Below, in pieces: positions 29,169-38,129 of a stretch of 57,494 nt of DNA (the stretch's first letter is position 1; each line of letters opens with the position of its first letter). The DNA lies in the NCBI GenBank assembly GCA_944322625.1, contig CALUPN010000001.1, forward strand, positions 1-57,494. The letters run 5' to 3'. The notes beneath the pieces are model-generated. The model did not search any database. It was not told the DNA's origin and was given only the letters and a program-made list of their open reading frames with translations. Source of the DNA: Candidatus Gastranaerophilales bacterium (lineage in GTDB: Bacteria; Cyanobacteriota; Vampirovibrionia; Gastranaerophilales; Gastranaerophilaceae). The position numbers and the translations under genes are program-made.

Positions 29169-29707
29169 TACATCTCACTTATTTCTCTTGCGTATTTTTT
29201 AATCATTTCCATTTCTTCTTGCAAACCAGCATCTTCTTTTAGCATATCGAAGAAACAAACGACACTTTCAAGCATATATTTTAGGCTTTTCATAGTATCT
29301 TCTTTTGCACCATATCCACGATTATACTGTTCTTTATCTTCTGCATAATCTTGGTAATTACGATACATTTCTTCCATAGTATCGTCGCCATGGTATCTTC
29401 CACCACGTCCACCTTCCATGTATCTGCCTCTGGAATCTCTTCTTCTACGTCCATAACTGTCGTCGTACATATCACGACCAGATGAACCTCTACCATACAT
29501 ATATCTCATATTATCCTCCTTCTCTTTCCAATATTCTTCATTTTCGATATCCTTATGAATATCGATTACTTTATATAATATATCAACATTATCGCTTCTA
29601 AGACCGTCTTTGATGATTTCATTCATCATTTTTTCGGTTTCTTCTTTGACTTGATGTATTATATTTTTATTTTCGGTTTGTTCCATATTTTCATTCATGG
29701 TCATCAC
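29168..29707 (-). CDS. Conserved hypothetical protein with RRRRDSRGRY motif
   Basis: Low-complexity R/G/Y/D core. Confidence 0.7.
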   Translation of the reverse strand: MMTMNENMEQTENKNIIHQVKEETEKMMNEIIKDGLRSDNVDILYKVIDIHKDIENEEYWKEKEDNMRYMYGRGSSGRDMYDDSYGRRRRDSRGRYMEGGRGGRYHGDDTMEEMYRNYQDYAEDKEQYNRGYGAKEDTMKSLKYMLESVVCFFDMLKEDAGLQEEMEMIKKYAREISEM

Positions 29708-30172
29708 CTACGATTTCTTAGTAATTGAGAAATTAGCATTTTGAATAACCGGTACTTCTGTAACAGTTGCCGTTCCAGGTGCTTCATCGCCTGTTAGAAT
29801 GCTAGGTACTGATTGTACTGTCAACGTAGCATCGCCACGGCAACAAATGCGAAGTTTCTTATCAAATGAAATATTTACATAATCACCGGCGGTTGTAATC
29901 TGTGCAATCATCGTTGTTCCTGGTACTAATACACCGTCTTGATAAAGTCCTAAAGAAACTGTTCCTGCAACTGATGATGTAACATTTGCATTAAATGAAA
30001 CTTCATAGATTCCACCGCATAATATTTTATATAATGGCGAACCTTCATTATGTTGCAACCAACCGTTGCAATAGCAATTAGCACTTCTTGTTCTCAAATC
30101 GTCTACACTAAATGGAACACTAGCAGAGTTGCTAGTTAATGCTGTGATAGGTTCTAAAACGCTTTGTATCAT
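29708..30172 (-). CDS. BclA-C/C1q-like beta-sandwich protein
   Basis: GIYEVSFNANV motif, Cys pairs. Confidence 0.6.
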   Translation of the reverse strand: MIQSVLEPITALTSNSASVPFSVDDLRTRSANCYCNGWLQHNEGSPLYKILCGGIYEVSFNANVTSSVAGTVSLGLYQDGVLVPGTTMIAQITTAGDYVNISFDKKLRICCRGDATLTVQSVPSILTGDEAPGTATVTEVPVIQNANFSITKKS

Positions 30173-30288
30173 ATTATCAATCCTTTCTTTATAAAATAAA
30201 AGAGATAGGACTTGCCTATCTCAAATTGGTCGATTTCGACCAAATTAGCAAGTTCCTGTAATCAGGTTAGTCTGTTAGACCTATGCTA

Positions 30289-31080
30289 TTAAATTACTGT
30301 TCCATTACAACCGCACGTGCTATAGCAACAGTTCGGGTTTGGAACAACGTATGCTGGGATAGGGCAAGCCTTTAATTGGTTAAGTAAGTAAGTGTTTTGT
30401 GCTTCTTGGCTTGCTTTCAAACGTAGAGCATTAATTTCGTTTTGTTGTGAAGCAATTTGTGCATTCTTATCTTCGATACGGTTAGCAACAATTTCATCAT
30501 GCAATGCACGATAATTTGCATTTTGATTATCAATTAAATCTCTAGTATTATTACATAATGTTTGTTGAATAGCATTTGTATTCATAGCCATATTGTAATT
30601 AATTCCGTCAATGCCACGTTGTGTTTGGCAGCCGTAATCAGAAATTTGTTGTCTTAAAGTACAGCAACAGTCTGCTAACTGACTAGACAATCCTTGAACA
30701 CCTAAACGAGTTTCATATCCATTAGTTGTAATGGCTTGATTAATACCACTAAAACCTTGACATAATGTTTGTTGCGTTGCTGCGAAACCATTTGTCATAG
30801 TGTTGTTTAGTGCAAACGTACTATCACATATACCATTTGAAATCGTATCTAGTTTTCTATCAACCTGTGCAAAATCGCTAGCCAAAACGTATCCGTCTGT
30901 AACTCCACCATAGTTTCCACCGAAGCCACCGCCAAATCCGTTTCTTCCATAACCAAAGATTAGGAAAAGTATAATCCACCAGGCTCCGTTGTTTCCCCAG
31001 CCATAATTGTTGTTATTTCTGTTAGTTCCAGTTATTAATGCAACGTCACTTGGGGATAAAGCACCATCACTATAATTCAT
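30289..31080 (-). CDS. Gly/Asn/Cys-rich membrane-anchored coiled-coil protein
   Basis: WWIILFLIFG, ADCCC, Cys-rich tail; GGAGG RBS gives ATG 31080. Confidence 0.75.
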   Translation of the reverse strand: MNYSDGALSPSDVALITGTNRNNNNYGWGNNGAWWIILFLIFGYGRNGFGGGFGGNYGGVTDGYVLASDFAQVDRKLDTISNGICDSTFALNNTMTNGFAATQQTLCQGFSGINQAITTNGYETRLGVQGLSSQLADCCCTLRQQISDYGCQTQRGIDGINYNMAMNTNAIQQTLCNNTRDLIDNQNANYRALHDEIVANRIEDKNAQIASQQNEINALRLKASQEAQNTYLLNQLKACPIPAYVVPNPNCCYSTCGCNGTVI

Positions 31081-31264
31081 ATTCTGACCTCCTTTTATTA
31101 TTTTAAATTCCTCATCTTTACCAAAACCCACACGTGTGTTATAATATAAGTGTTCAGTTAAGAAAAAAGGAATTTATATAAATGTATTATTACGGTCTTA
31201 ACTGAACATTAAACCCCGCAATAGTGCATTTATATAAGTTTCTTTTTATTTTGAGGAGGATATT

Positions 31265-31780
31265 ATGAGAGAAATATTTAAAGACATAAAGGGTTATAAT
31301 GGTTTATATCAAATAAGTAATTGCGGAAAAGTTAAAAGTTTGAAAAGAAATATAATTTTAAGGCCATCAGTTAACCATAAAGGATATTTGCATGTAATTT
31401 TATATAAAAATGGTAATTCTAAAATAGGTAGAATACATCGTTTGGTTGCAGAAACATTTATACATAATCCAGAAAATAAACCTCAAGTCAATCATATTGA
31501 CGGAAACAAAAGAAACAACAATGTTAATAATTTAGAATGGGTAACAAATAGTGAAAACCAAAAACACGCTTTTAAAACGGGATTACAGACTAATAAAGGT
31601 AATAATAATCCACGTGCAAGAAAAATAAATCAATACAATCTAAATGGTGAATTAATAAAAACGTGGAATAGTTGCTATGATATCACCAAAAAACTAGGTA
31701 TAGATAGATCGTCTATTTGGAGATGTTGTGTAGGAAAATGCCATAAAAGTCATAATTATATATGGAGATATGCTGAATAA
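31265..31780 (+). CDS. NUMOD4-HNH homing endonuclease with C-terminal NUMOD1-like domain
   Basis: YQISNCGKVKS, HRLVAETF, VNHIDGNK.NN...NLEW. Confidence 0.9.
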   Translation: MREIFKDIKGYNGLYQISNCGKVKSLKRNIILRPSVNHKGYLHVILYKNGNSKIGRIHRLVAETFIHNPENKPQVNHIDGNKRNNNVNNLEWVTNSENQKHAFKTGLQTNKGNNNPRARKINQYNLNGELIKTWNSCYDITKKLGIDRSSIWRCCVGKCHKSHNYIWRYAE

Positions 31781-31792
31781 AGCATATCTCTT

Positions 31793-32029
31793 TTATTTAA
31801 AATTACTCATAAACTGTGAAAACTCCTCGTCATAATTTCTCCCTTGACCTTTTAATAAATTTCTAGCAAAATTTTCTAATCCTTTTGTATCTCCATTCTG
31901 TGCCATTTTTATTAAATTTACGAAAATGGGATTCGTGTTGTTCATGAGTAATTGAGATGCCACTTCTTGTGGATTTTTTCCACCTAATAATGTTTTTAAA
32001 TTTGGATTTGAATTGTTCATATTAATCAC
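31793..32029 (-). CDS. Conserved hypothetical protein
   Basis: NPQ...NP...MAQNGD..GLENFARNL. Confidence 0.7.
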   Translation of the reverse strand: MINMNNSNPNLKTLLGGKNPQEVASQLLMNNTNPIFVNLIKMAQNGDTKGLENFARNLLKGQGRNYDEEFSQFMSNFK

Positions 32030-32477
32030 CTTTATCGTCTAAATTCAATTGGATTTCTTTGATTTGTTTTTTTATCGATTTCATTTCATCTTTAATAGTT
32101 TTCAAATCTTCACTTGCATCTAATGATTGTATTTTTTTATTCAATTCGTCAGATGTTACATATGTTATTTTTGCTTGATCATCGCTTTCAACAGGTTTAT
32201 AAATAACAGTTTTACTAGTTCCGTCAGTTTGAATCTTTTTTGTTACAATGGCACTACCGTCAGTTAATGGGAAATAACTTGTACTTCCGTCTAAAGGAAT
32301 GTCCATTGCTTTTACAACATCAATACTATCGACTGATTTACCTAGTAATCCCATTGTCTGTTGTTGACGTGGTTGCATATAAGGTTGATTGTTAATTGGT
32401 GGTGTTTGCATATTTTCCATTGGTTGATACCTTTGAGGTGGTACATAATAAGGGTTATAATTATTGAACATATTCAT
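32022..32477 (-). CDS. Conserved hypothetical protein, Q/P/Y-rich N-terminus
   Basis: IPLDGS.SYF...DG motif; GGAGG RBS. Confidence 0.75.
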   Translation of the reverse strand: MNMFNNYNPYYVPPQRYQPMENMQTPPINNQPYMQPRQQQTMGLLGKSVDSIDVVKAMDIPLDGSTSYFPLTDGSAIVTKKIQTDGTSKTVIYKPVESDDQAKITYVTSDELNKKIQSLDASEDLKTIKDEMKSIKKQIKEIQLNLDDKGD

Positions 32478-32666
32478 TCCTCCTAAAATAAAAAGTGCTT
32501 CCTTATAACAAATTAATTTATTATTAAGGAAACACCTCCGATAAAGCAGACAGAAAACATTAACTTGTTTTCTGATTAAATTGTATTACTTTTTGAGTAT
32601 AGAATAATATCAAGTTTATAAACATAAAATATCGTTTTTATAACAAAAAAAAAAGCCAAATGGCTT

Positions 32667-33119
32667 TTAATCTAAATCATCAAAATCTTCTTTTTCTGCG
32701 ATTGCATTCCGTGGAGAATCGATTACTTCTCCAGTATCATCATTCACCAGGCTAATTACTTTTTTAACATTGGCGAAAACAGGTAATGTTCCATCTTGTT
32801 TTGGTGTTTTGCCTTCTGAATGTTTTACTTCACAAAGTACTTTTTTTCCAATTAATTTTTTAATATCAGTTGCAGTATCAAACTCATCTCCATCTTCTAA
32901 TCCAAGTGCGACAGAACAAAGTACACTCATAGCAAATAGCGATTGGTCGTTATCAAAGTTATATCTGTTTTGTATTTTTCCACCATCACCATGTGCAAAC
33001 GTAACAATCATTGCGGTTGGTTTACCGCTAGGTTTTAATTCTGCTCCAGTAATTTCTAATACTTGTTCTCCCTCTGGTACTAATTTGAAATTTCCTTTTA
33101 AATTCATTTTTATTATCAT
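32667..33119 (-). CDS. Single-stranded DNA-binding protein (DUF669-like)
   Basis: VPEGE start, acidic tail EDFDDLD, next to recombinase genes. Confidence 0.7.
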   Translation of the reverse strand: MIIKMNLKGNFKLVPEGEQVLEITGAELKPSGKPTAMIVTFAHGDGGKIQNRYNFDNDQSLFAMSVLCSVALGLEDGDEFDTATDIKKLIGKKVLCEVKHSEGKTPKQDGTLPVFANVKKVISLVNDDTGEVIDSPRNAIAEKEDFDDLD

Positions 33120-33121
33120 TA

Positions 33122-34204
33122 TTAATCTTCTCCTTTTTCTTTTACTTTTGTTAATCTGTATGTAATACTATCTTTCATATAATTTTCATATGTCTTTGGA
33201 TGGTCTTGCTTGAATAATTTTTCGTCAAATTTCTTGCTTACCGTCCCACTTAATTTATATGTTCCATATTGTACTTTTGTTTCATTTTCACCAAGCAATT
33301 CCATCATTTTTTCTTTAATTGAACTTTCCACAGTTTTTAATGTTTTTTCTAAATCATCAAGTGAATTATTCTTACGAATAGTATTAATTTCATCTTGTAA
33401 GAAACTTGCATAATTTATCAGAGAATCTAAATCATTATCGTTACCTGGTTGTGTTTCTCGCATGATGTCTAAGTATTCTTTGTCTTTTATTTCATCAAAT
33501 CTTGGTGAAACTCCATTTTCAATATGATTATTCCACCACTCCTCACAATATTTTATGATATCTTCAAATGTCATTAATTTTCCATTTACATCAACAACAA
33601 TATCTTTTAATTTCTTAACAACAATGATTGTATTTTTTTCTGTTGGCTTGAATTGTTCAGGATGATTGTAATCGTCATCTTGCAAGAAGGCACATATAAA
33701 CACGATACGATCAATACCTTTTAAGTAAGCATATTCTGCACCTTGTAACAAATATGTAATTGGAACATTATTGTTTTCCCATTCCTGTGGCTTTGAACTC
33801 GTCTTACATTCTATAATTGCCGTAAGTGTTTTCATATCATCTTCTGTACAAACGGCGTCCATTACACCACCGAAAACGTTGCTATCGTTTACAAAGTTAT
33901 TATATCTATATGTATCAATGTTATTTCCATAGTATTCTTCAATACTCATTGTATTTGGAAATTTTTTTGCAATTAAATCAATAAGTTTTGGCTCAATTGC
34001 TTTACCAGCCAAAGTATATTTGGTATCTTCAAACGGTAATTTTACTAACTTTGTAATTTCTGCCCAAGCACCGAATGGTGTTTGATACGGATTAAGTCCT
34101 AGAACACTAGCCATTCTATGACCAGTGATTCTAAGTCTTTGTTTTGGTGGTTCATTCAATACAATATGTTGTCTATCTTCCGAATAGTTCCATTCCTTAG
34201 CCAT
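33122..34204 (-). CDS. YqaJ/lambda-Exo-like exonuclease
   Basis: ASVLGLNPYQTP, G..IEP, D...IECKT. Confidence 0.85.
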   Translation of the reverse strand: MAKEWNYSEDRQHIVLNEPPKQRLRITGHRMASVLGLNPYQTPFGAWAEITKLVKLPFEDTKYTLAGKAIEPKLIDLIAKKFPNTMSIEEYYGNNIDTYRYNNFVNDSNVFGGVMDAVCTEDDMKTLTAIIECKTSSKPQEWENNNVPITYLLQGAEYAYLKGIDRIVFICAFLQDDDYNHPEQFKPTEKNTIIVVKKLKDIVVDVNGKLMTFEDIIKYCEEWWNNHIENGVSPRFDEIKDKEYLDIMRETQPGNDNDLDSLINYASFLQDEINTIRKNNSLDDLEKTLKTVESSIKEKMMELLGENETKVQYGTYKLSGTVSKKFDEKLFKQDHPKTYENYMKDSITYRLTKVKEKGED

Positions 34205-35048
34205 TATTTTCTACCTCTTTTAATTTCTTTTTTACTTTTAAATCAATTTCAAGAATATCTGCCGAACTTAATGTTCCGCTCATAAGTTTATTTAATGTTG
34301 GTGTTCCATATTCTTGATTACCAGTTAATTCTCTAATTTTCATAATATTTTCGCATACCGCTTTAATATCTTCTTCATCACTAGGTTCTTGTTGAACTTG
34401 TTTTACTACTTCTTGCTTAATTTCCTCTTTCTTTTTTTCTGGTACATATACAGGTACTTTTGGTTTTGATTTTTCTTCCGGTTCTTCAATCTCTTCCTCC
34501 AGAACATCTTTTGGTGTAAAGTTTTTATAGAACCAATTTCTAAACGCCATTGAACTTGCACTAGCAACCGCTTTGTCAATGGTATCACTACCTTGTGCAA
34601 TTGTGATATATTCTTTGCATGCTCCTGTTTCTAAATCTGTAAATGTTGCAACAGTTTTAACAGTTGCTACATGAATCGGAAGTGAGTTTGCAGGTTTTGT
34701 TAGTTCTTTATCAAATTGAATTAAATCTGTTGTTTCAAATGAGAAGTCAAGACCAACTTCAATTGCTAATTCTTGAATCGCATCATAGAATTGATCAATA
34801 CTATAATAATCTCCACCACCCAAAATCTTTGGTAATTCTTTATCTAGTACGAATTTTCTTTCTCTTACTCTCTTTCTAAATTCATTTAACTTTTTAAGTA
34901 ACATAACTTTCATTGTTCTTTCATCATATTCTTTTACTTCTTCCACCTTTTTACTTTCTCCTTTCATTTTATTTACCATGTCCATTAATTTTTCGTTCTG
35001 TTCCATGGACGTTTGTAATTTTTGCTCTAACTCTTGTTTTGTAGCCAT
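34197..35048 (-). CDS. ERF-like ssDNA annealing protein (internal start)
   Basis: Own promoter and AAAGGAG RBS before MATKQ; G.D..DKAV..A.S.A.R motif. Confidence 0.7.
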   Translation of the reverse strand: MATKQELEQKLQTSMEQNEKLMDMVNKMKGESKKVEEVKEYDERTMKVMLLKKLNEFRKRVRERKFVLDKELPKILGGGDYYSIDQFYDAIQELAIEVGLDFSFETTDLIQFDKELTKPANSLPIHVATVKTVATFTDLETGACKEYITIAQGSDTIDKAVASASSMAFRNWFYKNFTPKDVLEEEIEEPEEKSKPKVPVYVPEKKKEEIKQEVVKQVQQEPSDEEDIKAVCENIMKIRELTGNQEYGTPTLNKLMSGTLSSADILEIDLKVKKKLKEVENNG

Positions 35049-36014
35049 ATCTTTTTCTCCTTTCTGTATGTTATTATTGTAGCATAATATATCATAGTAG
35101 TCAATATTTTTTTTGTCATTTTCAATTATTTTTATTAGTTCTTCTTTTTTTGTACTTTTATCAACTTGTAATCCCAAATTGGAAGCAATCTGCAAAAGTT
35201 CTTCTTTCTTATATTCTTCAAGTCTTTTAATACCAAGGAAATCGTTTACCCGTTTGTTTGCTAAGTCAATATACCATTCTTTATTAATATCGTCAATCTT
35301 ACATTGATTTGCATTATCTACTATCGGATTCGGAGGTTGATTCGCCAAACTATCACGTCTACCATCCGGTTTTACTTTTATAATCGCACCACTTGAAATA
35401 TTACCTGCATAGATACGATTATTTCTTTGAAGTTCAATATCTCCATTTGGTGATTCTTGCACGCATTTTTCATAAGTAGAGCCAAGATGTGATATGATTT
35501 GGAAACGAAATATATCATCGCACTTATTAATTGTTTCCTCCGTTGGAATATCAAAAAGTAATTTTTTTAATATTGCTTCGGATACGATCGTCATAGAATT
35601 ACTTTTCAAATCATCTTTAAATTTGTAATGAAAAACGTGTTTTTCTTTATCCCATGTAAATATATGTTTTCCTGTGAAGTTTCCACCTTTATAGTTTACC
35701 TTGTAATCGTTATTTCCAGTCTGTACGATTTCGACGTAATTATTGACATCTCGCATGATTATTTTTACAACTTTATCTTCTTCTAATTCAAGTCCAGTTA
35801 GTTTTTGCCAATCGTCGAGTACTTTATGGGCTTGTTCTTTATATTCTTCATCTACTTCATATAAAATTGCATCTGTGTTGCAGCTAATTGTTTCCAATGT
35901 TGGTACTGTTTTTAAATCATATATTAATTGTAATATAAATAATTGTCCTGTGGTACATATACTAAATCCTTGTAAATTATCATATAAATCATTGAACTTC
36001 GCTCTAAGACCGCC
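34197..36014 (-). CDS. DNA polymerase (family B-like) C-terminal part, in frame with the ERF-like protein
   Basis: GGLRAKFNDLYD...GQL, NTDA motif C, RDVNNY; frame open upstream of track start 35897. Confidence 0.75.
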   Translation of the reverse strand, partial: GGLRAKFNDLYDNLQGFSICTTGQLFILQLIYDLKTVPTLETISCNTDAILYEVDEEYKEQAHKVLDDWQKLTGLELEEDKVVKIIMRDVNNYVEIVQTGNNDYKVNYKGGNFTGKHIFTWDKEKHVFHYKFKDDLKSNSMTIVSEAILKKLLFDIPTEETINKCDDIFRFQIISHLGSTYEKCVQESPNGDIELQRNNRIYAGNISSGAIIKVKPDGRRDSLANQPPNPIVDNANQCKIDDINKEWYIDLANKRVNDFLGIKRLEEYKKEELLQIASNLGLQVDKSTKKEELIKIIENDKKNIDYYDILCYNNNIQKGEKDMATKQELEQKLQTSMEQNEKLMDMVNKMKGESKKVEEVKEYDERTMKVMLLKKLNEFRKRVRERKFVLDKELPKILGGGDYYSIDQFYDAIQELAIEVGLDFSFETTDLIQFDKELTKPANSLPIHVATVKTVATFTDLETGACKEYITIAQGSDTIDKAVASASSMAFRNWFYKNFTPKDVLEEEIEEPEEKSKPKVPVYVPEKKKEEIKQEVVKQVQQEPSDEEDIKAVCENIMKIRELTGNQEYGTPTLNKLMSGTLSSADILEIDLKVKKKLKEVENNG

Positions 36015-36016
36015 AG

Positions 36017-36247
36017 TTAAGTGTACGCATTTAGGGGTAACTTAAGACCAGATTTTAAATCATCATTAGTAAGTCCTAAAGGCTTTAAAAAATCTTCTGT
36101 TAGTTTTCCTTTTTTTGCTTTCATACGCATAGAAAGCAAATTTACATAAGCATCCTTATCTTGTTGATTTCGACTCGAATAACCGTACAATCTTACTAAA
36201 TTAGGATAAAGTGAACTCACATCCCAGTTCTCCAAAATACGTGTCAT
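36017..36247 (-). CDS. DNA polymerase middle fragment (motif A and start of motif B)
   Basis: DVSSLYPN and KLPLNAY. Confidence 0.85.
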   Translation of the reverse strand: MTRILENWDVSSLYPNLVRLYGYSSRNQQDKDAYVNLLSMRMKAKKGKLTEDFLKPLGLTNDDLKSGLKLPLNAYT

Positions 36248-36855
36248 TATTCATCACCCCCATCCTCGACATACTCAAAAGACCATCCAAGATATTTCTT
36301 ATGTGTTTTGCATGATTCTGATATTCCTCCTCGTTTTGTTTTCACACAAAATATACCTAGTGAACAAGAAAAAATACTATCGAATAACAACACATTATCA
36401 TCTTTTTTTGCTATTACTTTTTTTGCTTTTATTTTACCTCTACCTTTAAATCTTCCATCATATTCATATTTATAATATTTCTCAGTGTTTTCTTTATTCG
36501 TTAACCATTGTAAGTTATCAACTCTATTATTTAATGAGTTATTATCTATATGGTCTGCTATTGGTTTATTTTCTGGATTATGGATAAATGCTTCGGCAAT
36601 CACTCTGTTAACTCGTCTATAATAATGTTTACCATGAGCTTTTAAATCAACTTGATAATAACCATCTTTTTTTAAAAGTTGTTTTAATATTCTTCCATTC
36701 TTAGAAGTACCATTTCTAGGTATTGTTTTTATTCTTCCATAGTTACTACATACATAACAATCTGGAGCATCTACAACTGGTTTCCAAATTTCATTAGGCA
36801 AATCTTCAAGATTAAGCCATCTATCAGTATTCACGTCAATATCGATTAATCGCAT
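36247..36855 (-). CDS. NUMOD4-HNH homing endonuclease inserted in the polymerase gene
   Basis: EIWKPV..Y.CSNYGRIK, DHIDNN..NN..NLQW. Confidence 0.9.
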   Translation of the reverse strand: MRLIDIDVNTDRWLNLEDLPNEIWKPVVDAPDCYVCSNYGRIKTIPRNGTSKNGRILKQLLKKDGYYQVDLKAHGKHYYRRVNRVIAEAFIHNPENKPIADHIDNNSLNNRVDNLQWLTNKENTEKYYKYEYDGRFKGRGKIKAKKVIAKKDDNVLLFDSIFSCSLGIFCVKTKRGGISESCKTHKKYLGWSFEYVEDGGDE

Positions 36856-37709
36856 TTGAAATCACATCCGTTATCATATTTATACGTGGTTAGTTTTGCA
36901 CCATGTATTCCACCATGACCCAATTGTATCACACATTCATCATACTGTAAAGATGGTGCTATACTTTCGTAGTTTAAATCATTATGCTTTATAACGTCAT
37001 CTATATAATTTAAGAAAGACTTCGGTATTTTCGATTTATCAACTTGCTTTGGATATACATACTTAAACGGATCATCATGATTCTTTCTTTTTGCTCCCAG
37101 TAACACTGATGTTAGTTTCGCATCAGTCAAACTCATTCCATATTTCAAATCCATTTTTCCAAGTCTTGCAATAATATATTTTGACTTATATTTATTTATC
37201 AACATTTCAAATATTGGAAACAATGCTTGAACATCACAAGTACAGTAATATAGTACTTCCTCATATTGTTCTTTCGTCCATTTTGTTGGTAAATCAAAAG
37301 GAACAGTTGTTTCAGTAATGTTTAACCTTAACGAGCCTTCCAATTCCTTTAAGGATTTCCTAGGAACAATTTCATTGAACAAATCCCACATGATTGGAAG
37401 TTCCATATATCCGCAATCAATATCCCAACCATTTCCTCCACCAATAATGTAATCGCTGACATCTTTTATTTCTTCTGGTGTATATCCCGCAAGCAAGCAT
37501 TTCAATATATACTTATCGTATGCGTTACAGTTATATCCCATAAGAATTGGTTTCTTTTGGTCTAAAAAATTTTGTACGTCATTTGGTAACGAATTATGAA
37601 AAACAAATCTTTCTTTTGTTCTATACGATATAAAAACAAATAGTGTATCGTGGGCAAACACTTCACAGTCGAATCCGTATAAGTTATCTAACAATTCATC
37701 GAAACTCAT
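36846..37709 (-). CDS. DNA polymerase N-terminal 3'-5' exonuclease fragment
   Basis: FDCEVF (ExoI), GYN..YD (ExoII), YC..DV (ExoIII), GGIHG. Confidence 0.85.
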   Translation of the reverse strand: MSFDELLDNLYGFDCEVFAHDTLFVFISYRTKERFVFHNSLPNDVQNFLDQKKPILMGYNCNAYDKYILKCLLAGYTPEEIKDVSDYIIGGGNGWDIDCGYMELPIMWDLFNEIVPRKSLKELEGSLRLNITETTVPFDLPTKWTKEQYEEVLYYCTCDVQALFPIFEMLINKYKSKYIIARLGKMDLKYGMSLTDAKLTSVLLGAKRKNHDDPFKYVYPKQVDKSKIPKSFLNYIDDVIKHNDLNYESIAPSLQYDECVIQLGHGGIHGAKLTTYKYDNGCDFKCD

Positions 37710-37891
37710 TTCTCATCGTCATTTCTTGATTGTTTCAATGTTTCTAACAAACTTTGTGTTAGTTTTTCTGCTTCTCGTTTCTTTTTGCTCGATATAATTA
37801 TTCCTATTACAATTTCAACGGCAATTGTTGCAACGATTCCTAGTACAAAATATGCCAAATTAGACGGTATCATTATGTACATTTGTGACAT
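37706..37891 (-). CDS. Small membrane protein
   Basis: Single TM segment. Confidence 0.6.
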   Translation of the reverse strand: MSQMYIMIPSNLAYFVLGIVATIAVEIVIGIIISSKKKREAEKLTQSLLETLKQSRNDDEK

Positions 37892-38042
37892 CCCTCTTTC
37901 TATATGTTCTTCCTTTAATTAGTCCAACACGTTGTTTTCTAGGATTAGTTGGTTCTTTACTAAACCAAATCATTTTTTCTTGTTTTGCACGTTGTTTATA
38001 GTATGCTTGTTTTTCTTTATAATTTGTAAATTCTTGTTCCAT
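37860..38042 (-). CDS. Small basic hypothetical protein
   Basis: AAGGAG RBS. Confidence 0.55.
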   Translation of the reverse strand: MEQEFTNYKEKQAYYKQRAKQEKMIWFSKEPTNPRKQRVGLIKGRTYRKRDVTNVHNDTV

Positions 38043-38129
38043 ATTATTTCTCCTTATCTTGTTTCTTATGTTCTAGCATGATAATGCAAATTGCTAACAT
38101 AATCATAAAAATACTTATGAATAAATCTG

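Noticed and set aside
36247-36855. Group I intron or intein in the polymerase (likewise in dcm)
   Set aside because: Endonuclease ORFs overlap the flanking fragments with no room for a ribozyme core, are in separate ORFs, and lack intein termini.
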